Assembly: GCA_042216675.1 (NCBI GenBank)
Contig: JBDGTS010000020.1
Location: 51,557-115,556, forward strand
DNA length: 64,000 bases
Direction of reading: 5' to 3'
DNA from: Halobacteriaceae archaeon
Lineage (GTDB): Archaea; Halobacteriota; Halobacteria; Halobacteriales; Halobacteriaceae
Below are positions 45,592 through 55,049 of this stretch, in pieces. Numbering within the stretch: position 1 is the first letter of the stretch; each line of letters opens with the position of its first letter. Both the position numbers and the translations under genes were made by a program. The notes beneath the pieces were generated by a model, which did no database searches, was not told the origin of the DNA, and saw only the letters and a program-made list of their open reading frames with translations.

Positions 45592-45616
45592 GGGCGCCCA
45601 TCGGAGCGGGCGAAAA

Positions 45617-46153
45617 TTACTCTTCGGTCTCCGAACCGGTCCAGAGCAGCGAGGAGACGACGCCCGGGCGGTCCATCAGCGGCGCGAGTCGCTCGTCGGC
45701 CTCCTCGCGCGCGGCCCTGATGTCGGCCGGCAGGTCACCGGGCCGGGCGTCCTCCGTGGCGTGTTCGCGGCTCTGCTCGTACAGGCGCGAGACGGCGTCG
45801 CGGTAGGCGCCGACGGACTCCGCCCTGTCGATGGCGTCGGACACCTCGTCGGGCCGAACCGGCCGGACGAGGATCTCGTCGAACGCGAGGGTCGGAAGCC
45901 CCTCCGGCGGCGAGTCCGTGAACAGCAGTACCGCCGGCACCGCCGGATCGCCGAACGTCCCGTCTCTGAGCGCCCGGAACAACGCCGTCGCGCCGTCCAT
46001 CGTCGCGTCGAGGACGACGGCGCGCGGGGTGCGCTCGGCCAGCGTCTCGCGCGCTGCCGTCACTGACTCCGCCTCGAGCACCTCCACGTCGGCGTCACGG
46101 GCCGCCCGCTCGCACGCCCGCGCCGCGTCTCCGGTGACGACGAGGAGGATCAC
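45617..46153 (-). CDS. Degenerate receiver domain plus HalX-like helical domain protein
   Basis: VVLD, FDEILVRPV (degenerate KP) and a C-terminal helical segment. Confidence 0.6.
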   Translation of the reverse strand: MILLVVTGDAARACERAARDADVEVLEAESVTAARETLAERTPRAVVLDATMDGATALFRALRDGTFGDPAVPAVLLFTDSPPEGLPTLAFDEILVRPVRPDEVSDAIDRAESVGAYRDAVSRLYEQSREHATEDARPGDLPADIRAAREEADERLAPLMDRPGVVSSLLWTGSETEE

Positions 46154-46293
46154 GTATCACGTTGTGAACAGCACCGAGACATAATACTTTGGGAACGGGC
46201 ATGAAATTATCAATCTTCCGGGGGCTCCCCCGACGGTATCCCCCGATTCGATGGCGCCGGTCGGCGCGAGTCGAACGCAGTTTTACGTGTCGC

Positions 46294-46533
46294 TCAGAGA
46301 ACGTCTCCGAGGATGACCTGATCGTTTCTGACCGCCGTCACCTCGGACTCGTCGAAGCGGTGGTGCGGGTCGTCGGGGTCCCAGCCGAGTTCGTCGGCGA
46401 GTTCGTCGTGGACGTGGTTCCAGTCCGGGTCCACGTAGACGGTGTCGCCCGCTACGTCGGTCACCACACCGATGCGTTCGGTCTCGTGGACGACTTCCTT
46501 GCCGCGGTCGTCGCCCGTGAGTGTCACTGTCAC
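46294..46533 (-). CDS. Small PRC-barrel-like haloarchaeal hypothetical protein
   Basis: DDRGKEVV...IGVVTDVAGDTVYVDPD...LGW pattern. Confidence 0.65.
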   Translation of the reverse strand: MTVTLTGDDRGKEVVHETERIGVVTDVAGDTVYVDPDWNHVHDELADELGWDPDDPHHRFDESEVTAVRNDQVILGDVL

Positions 46534-46614
46534 ACTCGGGCACGTCGGACGGCGGCAGGAAAACCGCTCTGGCCGCGTCCGAACTGTTTTCTCGCGAGCG
46601 TCCCGAACGGGAGT

Positions 46615-47871
46615 ATGGCGGAAGCGCTGATACTGGTGGGGCTACTGGTCGCGGTGTTCGTCGGCTACAACATCGGCGGGTCGTCGACCGGCGTCGCCTT
46701 CGGTCCGGCCGTCGGCAGTCGAATCGTCAGGAAAGTCACCGCCGGCGCGCTGTTCACCGTGTTCGCGTTCCTCGGCGCGTGGACCATCGGCCGGAAGGTC
46801 ATCACGACGATGAGTTCCGAAATCGTCGCGGCGTCGGCGTTCACGCCCGCAGCGAGCGTCGGCGTTCTCTTCTTCACGGGGTTCGCGCTCCTCATCTCGA
46901 ACCTCTACGGCGTGCCGGCCTCGACCTCGATGACGGCCGTCGGAGCGATCGTCGGTCTGGGGTTGGCGACGGGGACGCTCAACGCCGCGCTGATGTTCAC
47001 CATCCTGTCGGCGTGGATCGTCGCCCCCCTCGTCGCCGTCCTCACGGGCGCGTTCATCGGGCGGTACGCGTACCCGTATCTCGACGCCAAGTTCGCGTTC
47101 GGTCGCCTAACGAACCCGCTCATCGCCATCGACACGCAGGGGACCGTCCCGCGGCTGTCGGTCGACGAGGGCGTGGCACCGCGGGACGTCCTCGGGTCGA
47201 CGCTCGTGGTCGCCATCGCCTGTTACATGGGGTTCAGCGCGGGGGCCTCGAACGCCGCGAACGCGGTCGCGCCCCTCGTCGGGAACGGCGCCATCGGTGC
47301 CAGCCCGGGGATTCTGGTCGCCGTCGGGGCCATCAGCGTCGGCGGGTTCACCATCGCGCGCCGGACGCTGGCGACGGTCGGCGACGACGTCACCGACTTG
47401 CCGATTCTCGCCGCCCTCATCGTCTCCACGGTGGGCGCGACGATCATCACCGTCCTCTCGTGGCTCGGGATTCCGGCCAGCCTCGCGGTCAGCACGACCA
47501 GTTGCATCATCGGCCTCGGCTGGGGCCGGGCGAGTCGTGCCCGCACGCTCAAGGAAATCGCGACGCCCTCCGCGGAAGACTCCGTCCCGGAGGTCGCCAC
47601 CGGCGCGCTCAAGTCGCCACCGGCGACGGACGGGGAGGAGACGGCCGCGAGTCCGACCGTCGGCGAACTCGCCGAGGGCGAGGTCCCCGACCCGGAGAAA
47701 CAGCAGGTTCCCGAATCGCGCGTCCCCGACGTCGGGGAGGAGAACCCCGAGGAACTGTCCGCCGAGAGCCTGTTCGACCCCGCGGCGACGGCCCGCATCG
47801 TGGCGCTCTGGGTCATCACGCCCTCGATTTCGGTCGTTAGCGCCTTCGTACTGTTTTCGCTGCTCGGGTGA
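46615..47871 (+). CDS. Inorganic phosphate transporter (PiT family)
   Basis: NIGGSSTGVAFG, PASTS, GASNAANA and GIPAS motifs. Start re-called at ATG 46615. Confidence 0.9.
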   Translation: MAEALILVGLLVAVFVGYNIGGSSTGVAFGPAVGSRIVRKVTAGALFTVFAFLGAWTIGRKVITTMSSEIVAASAFTPAASVGVLFFTGFALLISNLYGVPASTSMTAVGAIVGLGLATGTLNAALMFTILSAWIVAPLVAVLTGAFIGRYAYPYLDAKFAFGRLTNPLIAIDTQGTVPRLSVDEGVAPRDVLGSTLVVAIACYMGFSAGASNAANAVAPLVGNGAIGASPGILVAVGAISVGGFTIARRTLATVGDDVTDLPILAALIVSTVGATIITVLSWLGIPASLAVSTTSCIIGLGWGRASRARTLKEIATPSAEDSVPEVATGALKSPPATDGEETAASPTVGELAEGEVPDPEKQQVPESRVPDVGEENPEELSAESLFDPAATARIVALWVITPSISVVSAFVLFSLLG

Positions 47872-47938
47872 GGGGGTCGGGTATCGGCGAACCGTCGGCA
47901 CTCTCTGTCCGATTCTGCCGTGAACCGACGCGAGAATC

Positions 47939-48070
47939 AGTCCGCCCTCCCCGATTCTGAACGCCGTCAGACGGTCCGGGCATGCGGCGCTACGCGCCGT
48001 TCCGGAACTGCGACTGACGTGCTCAAATCGGATCGGGAGCCGTTTCACTGCTCACTTCGTTCGCAGGAAA
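47939..48070. repeat. tRNA-adjacent element: 18-bp duplicate of the tRNA-Tyr 3' end plus nested hairpins
   Basis: AGTCCGCCCTCCCCGATT occurs at 47939-47956 and 48071-48088. Inverted pairs are CCGATT/AATCGG, CGTCAG/CTGACG, TCCGG/CCGGA and CGGCGC/GCGCCG, with a second hairpin at 48043-48070. Confidence 0.75.
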
Positions 48071-48072
48071 AG

Positions 48073-48146
48073 TCCGCCCTCCCCGATTTGAACGGGGGAC
48101 AAGTCGATCTACAGTCGACTGCTCTACCAGTCTGAGCTAAGGGCGG
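48073..48146 (-). tRNA. tRNA-Tyr(GUA), intronless, CCA not encoded
   Basis: CCGCCCT TA GCTC AGACTGGTA GAGC A GTCGA CTGTAGA TCGAC TTGTC CCCCG TTCAAAT CGGGG AGGGCGG A. Full cloverleaf with C1-G72 and A73. Confidence 0.97.
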
Positions 48147-48190
48147 GCGCATCCAAGAGTAGGCGCCGTCGCGGACTTAAGGATTCTCAT

Positions 48191-49090
48191 TCAGAGTGCG
48201 AGGAACACGGCCGTGAAGCCGAGCGCGTAGGGCAGGCCGCTCAGGAGTCGGTCGTCGAGCAGTTCGCCGGCCAACAGTCCGTTGCCGATGGCCTGAAAGA
48301 AGGTTCGGACCACGTCGGGGTCGACGCGCAGTTCGCCCACGAGGATGTGGTCGGGACGCTGGTGAAGCGCCTCCGAGAGCAGTTCGTCCGCGTCGACGGT
48401 GGGCCGGTCCTCGCCCACGTCGGACTCGCGGGTGGTCGTCGCCACCCAGTTCTCGTGGGGGAGCCCGATTTCGCGCGTCTCCTCGATGGTGACCACCTTG
48501 TGGTCCGGCGGGACGAACAGCGACGCGGCGTTCATCGACGTGGTCTTGCCCGACGCCGTCGGCCCGGCGAAGACGACGGAGGAGTTGTGCTCGATGGCGA
48601 GCCAGAGATACCCATCTGCTCGACGGAGAACGTCCCCAGATCGACGAGTTCGGTGGGCGTAAACGGCTCTTCGCGGAACTTTCGGAGCGTGAAGTTCGAC
48701 CCCCGCGTCGCCACGTCCGACGCGAGCGTGAGTTGGATGCGGGACCCGTCGGGGAGCGTCGTCGTCAGCAGGGGGCGGGCCGCCGAGAGGTGTCTGTCGG
48801 CGCGTTGCGCGAGGCGGGCGGCGATGCCGTCGAGGCGGTCCGCGCCCCACGCCCGGTTCGTCTCGACGTCGCCGTGGTCCGCGTGGAAGACGTACGCCGG
48901 CCGGTCGCTCCCGTTACAGGACAGGTCTTCCCCCGCAGAGTCATAGATGAACGGGTCCACCGGCCCGTAGCCCACGAAGTCGGACAGGAAGTAGTCGCGC
49001 AGTTTCACGAGGGTGGCGTCGGCCACGCCGGCGCCGTAGTCGGCGATGTCGCTGTCGAGAGCGTCGAGAAAGCCTCCTCGCGGGCGTTCG
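48191..49090 (-). pseudogene. Collapsed pilB/flaI-pilC remnant: ATPase middle fragment with a frameshift, fused to a TadC-like C-terminal TM tail
   Basis: GYGPVDP...EDLSC...LPDGSR...FTLRKF. After a frameshift near 48611 come LWLAIE...GPTASGKTT...IEETRE...RPDHILVGE...FFQAI and then GNGLLAG...LLSGLPYALG. No N-terminus and no His boxes. Confidence 0.8.
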
Positions 49091-49206
49091 CGCCTGACAT
49101 TCACCGAACACGTGTACGGCAACCGTTTAGCGGCTTGTGGCCCCCGACGCGCGTCAGACGCTCGGGAAGGTTGAAATAGGAAGGGCGTCAATAGGGGACA
49201 CGGTCG

Positions 49207-49710
49207 ATGAGCAAGATCACGTTCCGGGCCGACGACGACCTCGTGGACCGCGTCGAAGCGCTCGACGCCTCCAAGAGCGAGGTCATGCGCGCGGCCCTGC
49301 GCTCGTACCTCGACGGCGACGCCGAGGCGGCGAGCGGCGCGTCCGGATCCATCGACGAGATGGTGGCCGAACGCGTGGACGACATCGTGGCGGACCGGGT
49401 GGAGGAGCGAGCGCCTGCCCGCGACGTGAACGTAAACATCTCCGTGGAGACGCCCGACGCCGGGGGCGTCGACGCGGACGTCGAACGCGGCGGGGAGCGC
49501 CGGCCCGACCGGAGCCCCGCCGCTGGCTCGGCCGGCGCCTGCTCGCAGTGCGGCGAGGACCTGTCGCGAGACCACGTCTTCTGCCCGAACTGTGGGGAGA
49601 AGGCGGCCCGCCGCACCTTCTGTGAGTGCGGCGACGAACTCCGGTCGGACTGGTCGCACTGTCCCAGTTGCGGGCGTCGGACGGCCTCGGCTGACGTACT
49701 CGACGGGTAA
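49207..49710 (+). CDS. cdrL: CdrL-like ribbon-helix-helix plus double zinc ribbon regulator
   Basis: MSKITFRAD...SKSEVMR RHH, with CSQCG, CPNCG, CECG and CPSCG. Lies upstream of cdrS-ftsZ2. Confidence 0.85.
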   Translation: MSKITFRADDDLVDRVEALDASKSEVMRAALRSYLDGDAEAASGASGSIDEMVAERVDDIVADRVEERAPARDVNVNISVETPDAGGVDADVERGGERRPDRSPAAGSAGACSQCGEDLSRDHVFCPNCGEKAARRTFCECGDELRSDWSHCPSCGRRTASADVLDG

Positions 49711-49873
49711 GACACCGCGTTTACACCGGCCGTTAACTTTTTTAAGTATGCGCGGAATGGTGAGTGTACGTAAGACGGCCTGTCTTACACAGGTGTGACG
49801 CGGAACGCGGCTCACGCCGCCGTTCCCGACACCCGTAAGACGCCGTGCGGCGAGGTCCGGTGGGCCGTCTTAC
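49707..49873 (+). promoter_or_regulatory. cdrS-ftsZ2 promoter region with a TATA box and an array of GTAAGAC/GTCTTAC half-sites
   Basis: TTTTAAGT at 49740-49747. GTAAGAC at 49707, 49770 and 49835. GTCTTAC at 49782 and 49867. Perfect palindrome GTAAGAC-N5-GTCTTAC at 49770-49788. Confidence 0.7.
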
Positions 49874-49892
49874 CACCAGGGGGAAACCAACA

Positions 49893-50066
49893 ATGGAACG
49901 CGTCACTCTCCGAATCCCGAAACAGCAGATCGAGGAAGTCGAACAGATGGTCGAGCGCGGCCAATTCCCGAACCGGAGCGAGGCCATCCGGTCGGCCGTT
50001 CGGGAGATGCTCAGCGAGCAGCGCGAGGTCAAGGACAACAACACGAAGACGTGGGCGAGGGTCTAA
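49893..50066 (+). CDS. cdrS: CdrS ribbon-helix-helix cell-division regulator
   Basis: [37 protein letters not shown], directly upstream of ftsZ. Confidence 0.92.
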   Translation: MERVTLRIPKQQIEEVEQMVERGQFPNRSEAIRSAVREMLSEQREVKDNNTKTWARV

Positions 50067-50067
50067 G

Positions 50068-51231
50068 ATGGATTCAATCGTCAACGACGCGCTCGAACAC
50101 TCGGAGCGCGAATCCCGCGAACTCGACGACAGCGACGCCTCGGAGTTCGGCGACCCGCGCATCGTCATCGTCGGCTGTGGCGGCGCCGGCAACAACACCG
50201 TCAACCGCCTGTACAACATCGGTGTCGACGGCGCGGACACCGTCGCCATCAACACCGACAAGCAGCACCTCCAGATGATCGAAGCCGACACGAAGATTCT
50301 GGTCGGCAAGTCCCTGACCAACGGCCTCGGCGCCGGCGGCGACCCCAACATGGGGGAGCGAGCGACCGAGATGGCACAGGGGACCATCAAGGAAGTGCTG
50401 GAGAACGCGGACCTCGTCTTCGTGACCGCGGGGATGGGCGGCGGCACCGGCACCGGCGCCGCGCCCGTCGTCTCCAAAATCGCGAAGGAGGAGGGCGCCA
50501 TCGTCGTCGGGATGGTCTCGACGCCGTTCAACGTCGAACGCGCCCGCACCGTGAAGGCCGAGGAAGGGCTCGAACGCCTCCGCAACGAGGCCGACTCCAT
50601 CATCGTCCTCGACAACAACCGCCTGCTCGACTACGTGCCGAACCTGCCCATCGGCAAGGCGTTCTCGGTGATGGACCAGATCATCGCCGAGACGGTCAAG
50701 GGCATCTCCGAGACCATCACCCAGCCCTCGCTCATCAACCTCGACTACGCCGACATGACGTCCATCATGGACCAGGGCGGCGTGGCCGTGATGCTGGTGG
50801 GTGAAACGCAGGACAAGAACAAGACCGAGGAAGTGGTGAAGGACGCGATGAACCACCCGCTCCTCGACGTGGACTACCGCGGCGCCTCGGGCGCCCTCGT
50901 CCACATCACCGGCGGCCCGGACCTCGCGCTTCGCGAGGCCGAGGGCATCGCCGAGAACATCACCGAACGCCTCGACGCGAGCGCCAACGTCATCTGGGGC
51001 TCCCGCATCGAGGAGGAGTACAAGGGCAAGGTCCGCGTCATGGCCATCATGACCGGCGTCCAGAGCGCGCAGGTGCTGGGCCCGTCCACCCAGAAGCAGG
51101 CCGACAAGTCACGCGCGAGCATCGAGGGCGTCGAGAACGACGCCGCCCAGAACGCCCAGACGGAGTGGAGCGAAACCGACGGCGGCGAACCCGAAGTCGA
51201 GACGGAGAACGGCCTCGACGTCATCCGGTAA
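50068..51231 (+). CDS. ftsZ: Cell division protein FtsZ (FtsZ2 type)
   Basis: GCGGAGNN, tubulin signature GMGGGTGTG and INLDYAD. The cdrS context indicates FtsZ2. Start re-called at ATG 50068. Confidence 0.96.
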   Translation: MDSIVNDALEHSERESRELDDSDASEFGDPRIVIVGCGGAGNNTVNRLYNIGVDGADTVAINTDKQHLQMIEADTKILVGKSLTNGLGAGGDPNMGERATEMAQGTIKEVLENADLVFVTAGMGGGTGTGAAPVVSKIAKEEGAIVVGMVSTPFNVERARTVKAEEGLERLRNEADSIIVLDNNRLLDYVPNLPIGKAFSVMDQIIAETVKGISETITQPSLINLDYADMTSIMDQGGVAVMLVGETQDKNKTEEVVKDAMNHPLLDVDYRGASGALVHITGGPDLALREAEGIAENITERLDASANVIWGSRIEEEYKGKVRVMAIMTGVQSAQVLGPSTQKQADKSRASIEGVENDAAQNAQTEWSETDGGEPEVETENGLDVIR

Positions 51232-51277
51232 CCGCCCGGGCGACGCCCCGGCCATCGTCGCCATTTCGCCGTTTTAT

Positions 51278-52258
51278 TCACGCCAGCGCGTCCAACAGCG
51301 TGCACTTCCGGCAGCGGTCGCCGGCCGTCGTCGCGCCACAGGACTCACAGGTGCCGTACTCCGCGCCGTCGTCGCCGCTGTACCGCGCGGCGGCCAGCGA
51401 CGCCATCTCCTCGTATCCGGCCATGATGGAGTGTCGCGTGCCGGGGTGCTCCTCTTCGAGTGCGAGCAGGTGCTCCTGAATCTCCGCGCGGAACGACTCG
51501 CTGGAGTGGGGACACTCCGCGACGTGCGCGGGCAGGCCGCGCAACTGGGCGTACAGCGCCACCTCCTTCTCGGGCACGTCGCGGAGGGGTTTCGCCCGCG
51601 GAATCATGTCGGCCGGTTCGGTGCGCGCCTGCAGGGGGCCATCGCTCTCCTCGAAGGGGCCGAGGCTGGCGTCGTAGTGGCGGGCCATCTGCTCGACGTT
51701 GCCCTCGAAGACGTTCATCAGCGCCGTCTCCGCCTCGTCGTCGAGGTTGTGCCCGGTGAGGAGCTTGTCCGCGCCGTACTCGTCGGCGTAGTCGGCGAGC
51801 AAGTCCCGCCGGAACACGCCGCAGTAGGCGCAGGCGGCCATCCCCATCGGGTCGTCCTCCACCACGTCGTCCATCTCGACGCCGAACTCCTCGGCGTAGC
51901 TCACCAGTTCGTGTCTGACGTCGAGGTCCGCGGTCAGGTCCTCGCAGGCGGCGACGCTCTCGTCGCGGTAGCCCTCGATGCCCTCGTGAATGGTGAGCGC
52001 CACCAGCTCGACGCGGGGGTCCTCGGCGAACGTCTCGTGGAGAATCTGGGTGAGGACGACGCTGTCCTTGCCCCCCGAGAGGCCGACGACCCACGTCTCG
52101 GGGTCCTCGGGCGTCGCGTCGCGGGGGAGGAGGCTGTCCTCGCGGACGCGCTGTCGGACCCGGCGCTCGACGGACTCCAGAAAGTGGGGCTCACAGAGAT
52201 GGCTCCCCGAGTAGGCCGCGTGCATCACGGCCGGCCGGTCGCACTTGGTACACTCCAT
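51278..52258 (-). CDS. ncsA: tRNA 2-thiolation protein NcsA (TtuA/Ncs6 family)
   Basis: N- and C-terminal Zn fingers, PP-loop SGGKDS, CAYCGVFRR and GHNLDDEA. Confidence 0.92.
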   Translation of the reverse strand: MECTKCDRPAVMHAAYSGSHLCEPHFLESVERRVRQRVREDSLLPRDATPEDPETWVVGLSGGKDSVVLTQILHETFAEDPRVELVALTIHEGIEGYRDESVAACEDLTADLDVRHELVSYAEEFGVEMDDVVEDDPMGMAACAYCGVFRRDLLADYADEYGADKLLTGHNLDDEAETALMNVFEGNVEQMARHYDASLGPFEESDGPLQARTEPADMIPRAKPLRDVPEKEVALYAQLRGLPAHVAECPHSSESFRAEIQEHLLALEEEHPGTRHSIMAGYEEMASLAAARYSGDDGAEYGTCESCGATTAGDRCRKCTLLDALA

Positions 52259-52393
52259 TGGCGAACCGTTGCGGACGGGCGGGTTTCACCGTTACGACGC
52301 GCTATAAACCACATGTCGCGATAGTAAATCGGGGTGCGGCCCCAGACCGACCGCGAGAGCAACCCTTATTCGCCGCGTGGGCCATGTACGAGC

Positions 52394-53278
52394 ATGTCTT
52401 CCACAGAGACCGTCGTTGTGACGGGCGCACGCGGTCGGTTCGGGAGTCGAACGGCCGCGTCACTCGCGGAGGCCGGGCACGACGTCGTCGCCGTCGACCT
52501 GACGGCGCCCGACGAGACGTACGAGAACATCACCTTCCACGCCGTGGACCTGACCGACGAGGAGCGAACGCGCGGGGTCATCGCCGACGCCGACCCCGCA
52601 CACGTCGTCCATCTCGGCGCCATCCCGAGTCCGAACCGGGGCGACAACGTCTACGAGAACAACTCCATCTCGGCGTACTACGTCCTCGACGAGGCGGGCA
52701 AAGTCGGCGCCGACGTGGTGCAGGCGTCGAGCGAGAGCGCGTACGGCTTCCCGTTCGCGGCGGAGCCACGCCTGCCCGACTACCTCCCAATCGACGAGGC
52801 CCACCCGATGCGCCCGGAGGACCCCTACGGCGTCTCGAAAGTCGTCGCCGAAGAACTCGGGGCGATGGTCGCCCGGCGATACGGCATCTCCGTCGCGTCG
52901 TTCCGCCTCTCGAACATCATGTACCCCGGCAACTACACCGTCCTTGACGGGCGCGGGGACCTCTCGAACGGCGTCGGCAACTTCTGGTCCTACGTCGACG
53001 GGCGCGACTGCGTCTCGGCGGTCGAGGCCGCGATGGAGGCCGATATCGAGGGGCACGAACCGTACATCATCGCCGCGGCGGAGAACCACCTCGACCGGCC
53101 GACGCGGGAGGCGTTCGAGGAGTTCTTCGGCGAAGTTCCCGAACCGTGTGACCTCACGGGCGAGGAATCAGCGCTCTCGGTGGCGAAGGCGCGCGCCGAA
53201 CTGGACTGGGAACCCGAGCATACGTGGCGCACGGCGGCCGAGGAGGAGTTCTCGGAACCGCCGTTCGCGGCGGACTGA
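52394..53278 (+). CDS. NAD-dependent epimerase/dehydratase
   Basis: TGARGRFG, ASSE and YGVSK motifs. Distant paralog of 9872..10756. Start re-called at ATG 52394. Confidence 0.87.
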   Translation: MSSTETVVVTGARGRFGSRTAASLAEAGHDVVAVDLTAPDETYENITFHAVDLTDEERTRGVIADADPAHVVHLGAIPSPNRGDNVYENNSISAYYVLDEAGKVGADVVQASSESAYGFPFAAEPRLPDYLPIDEAHPMRPEDPYGVSKVVAEELGAMVARRYGISVASFRLSNIMYPGNYTVLDGRGDLSNGVGNFWSYVDGRDCVSAVEAAMEADIEGHEPYIIAAAENHLDRPTREAFEEFFGEVPEPCDLTGEESALSVAKARAELDWEPEHTWRTAAEEEFSEPPFAAD

Positions 53279-53284
53279 GGCCCC

Positions 53285-54091
53285 TCACTCCAGCGGGTTC
53301 GTCCCGAGGACGTTCAGGACCGCGAGCGTTCCGACGGCGAGGGCGACCAGAATCACCGCCAGCGGGAACGCGTGGTCCAGCCCGAGCGTCGTGAACGACA
53401 CCCAGATCTGGACGGGCATCGTCCGCGGGTAGTACGCGAGCATCACCGTCGCGCCGAACTCCCCCATCGACCGGGCGAAGGCGAGGGTGACACCGGCGAC
53501 GATGCCCGGCCACGCGAGGGGCAGGGTCACCTGCCTGACGGCGGCGAGGCGGTCCTTCCCCAGCGAGCGGGCGGCCTGTTCGAGGCTCCGGTCGACGCTC
53601 TCGAAGGCCGCCTTCGCCGTGACGACGACGAACGGCGAGGCGACGAAGGTCTGGGCCAACACGACGCCGACGAGCGACCGGGTGAGGGGGACGCCGTGCG
53701 CCGCGGCGGTGCGCCCGAGCAGGGTGCCCGGCCCGACGACGGTGAGCAACAGCATTCCGCTGACGACGGGCGGGAGGACGAGGGGCAACACGACGAGCGC
53801 CGTCACCAGCGTCTTGAAGCGGCCGTCGGCCCGCGCCAGCCAGTAGGCCAGCGGGAGGCCGAAGGCAGTGGCGACGGCGGTACTGATCAGCGACGCCGCG
53901 AGCGAGGTCCCCGCGGCGGAGACGACGGTCGGGTCGCGCAGGCGGCCGAGTACCGCGCCCGGCGAGCGTCCGAGGAGGAGCGATGAGAGCGGGAGCAGGT
54001 AGTAGACGAGCAACACCCCGCCGAGCAGGAGCGTCGTCGAGAGCCAGTCGAACCGGCCCGCCGTCTCAGTGCGCGAGTTCGTCGGGAGCAT
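53285..54091 (-). CDS. Molybdate/tungstate ABC permease (ModB/WtpB)
   Basis: LPLVLPPVVSG, EQAARSLG and ARSMGEFGAT motifs. Start re-called at ATG 54091. Confidence 0.88.
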   Translation of the reverse strand: MLPTNSRTETAGRFDWLSTTLLLGGVLLVYYLLPLSSLLLGRSPGAVLGRLRDPTVVSAAGTSLAASLISTAVATAFGLPLAYWLARADGRFKTLVTALVVLPLVLPPVVSGMLLLTVVGPGTLLGRTAAAHGVPLTRSLVGVVLAQTFVASPFVVVTAKAAFESVDRSLEQAARSLGKDRLAAVRQVTLPLAWPGIVAGVTLAFARSMGEFGATVMLAYYPRTMPVQIWVSFTTLGLDHAFPLAVILVALAVGTLAVLNVLGTNPLE

Positions 54092-54956
54092 GAGGAGTGA
54101 ACCGGGGGTAGCCGTCGGGGACGCCGAAGCCGAAGGCCGAGAGGTAGTCGCCGGCGACGTGACGACGGAACGTCTCGCGGACCGCGGGCGACGAGCGCCG
54201 AACTGTCGCAGCGTAGCGGATGACGTCGCCACGGACGACGGTTCCGTCGGGGAGTTCGTAGGTGGTGCGGGCGTACCGGTCGGCGCGGGCGGGGTCGCTC
54301 AGGTTCACCGCCGGGGGGAGCGGCCGGTAGTCGTAGCCCCTGTCGTGGACCATCGTGCGGTACGTGATGGCCGCGTCGATACCGCCCGTCTCGAACTGGC
54401 TGACGAGCTGCGTCTCGGGGTACAGTTGGTCGCGCGACGGAATCGCGTCGCGAAGGTCGATGTCAGCGTCGTAGTGGTCGGTAGCGAGTTCGAGCGCGAA
54501 CAGCGTCCGGTAGCCGAGGGGGTCGAGGTCCGGGTCGGTGCGCCCGAAGCGCACGTCGTCGCGCAGGAGTGGCCGGTACCAGTCGTCGGCCCGGGCGACG
54601 CGGCGCCCGCCCGGCGTGTCGGCGTTGTACGCGAGGACGAGCGCGTTCGTCGCGAACGCCGCGTGCCAGTCCGCGTCGAGCCCGTCGAACAGCGCGGGGT
54701 CGGCCAGCGAGAGGACGTCGGGGTCCTTCGCGCCCGACGCGACGAGGCGGGCGGCGTGCGCCGACCCGCGCGCCTCGACGCGGAGCGCCCGGTCAGTGGC
54801 GGGCCGCAGACCGTTCTCCACGGCGTTGGTCAGGCTCCCGGCGACGAGCATCGAGACGGGTGCGCCCTCGCCGACGACGCTCGCACAGCCGGCCCCAACG
54901 CCGAGGGCACCCGCCACCCCCGCGAGCACTGCGCGTCGGCCCACGGAGGTGGTCAT
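54066..54956 (-). CDS. Molybdate/tungstate-binding lipoprotein (WtpA/ModA-like)
   Basis: RRAVL...AGC lipobox, AGSL, GS, DPDLDPLGYR and ETQL motifs. Confidence 0.85.
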   Translation of the reverse strand: MTTSVGRRAVLAGVAGALGVGAGCASVVGEGAPVSMLVAGSLTNAVENGLRPATDRALRVEARGSAHAARLVASGAKDPDVLSLADPALFDGLDADWHAAFATNALVLAYNADTPGGRRVARADDWYRPLLRDDVRFGRTDPDLDPLGYRTLFALELATDHYDADIDLRDAIPSRDQLYPETQLVSQFETGGIDAAITYRTMVHDRGYDYRPLPPAVNLSDPARADRYARTTYELPDGTVVRGDVIRYAATVRRSSPAVRETFRRHVAGDYLSAFGFGVPDGYPRFTPHAPDELAH

Positions 54957-55049
54957 GTCCAGCCGTTCGGCTAAGCGGTGGATAAACCTGACTGATGGCG
55001 CCGTATTTCGTCCGAAACACCCATCCCAACCGAAAAATCCGCCCGGCCG

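Noticed and set aside
47939-48088. The tRNA 3'-end duplication as attL/attR of a provirus or large island
   Set aside because: The copies are only 132 bp apart, there is no integrase, and no more distant copy was noticed in the window.
49795-50067. 91-aa N-terminal extension of FtsZ in the ORF track
   Set aside because: It overlaps cdrS in another frame. FtsZ2 starts at ATG 50068, right after the cdrS stop codon.
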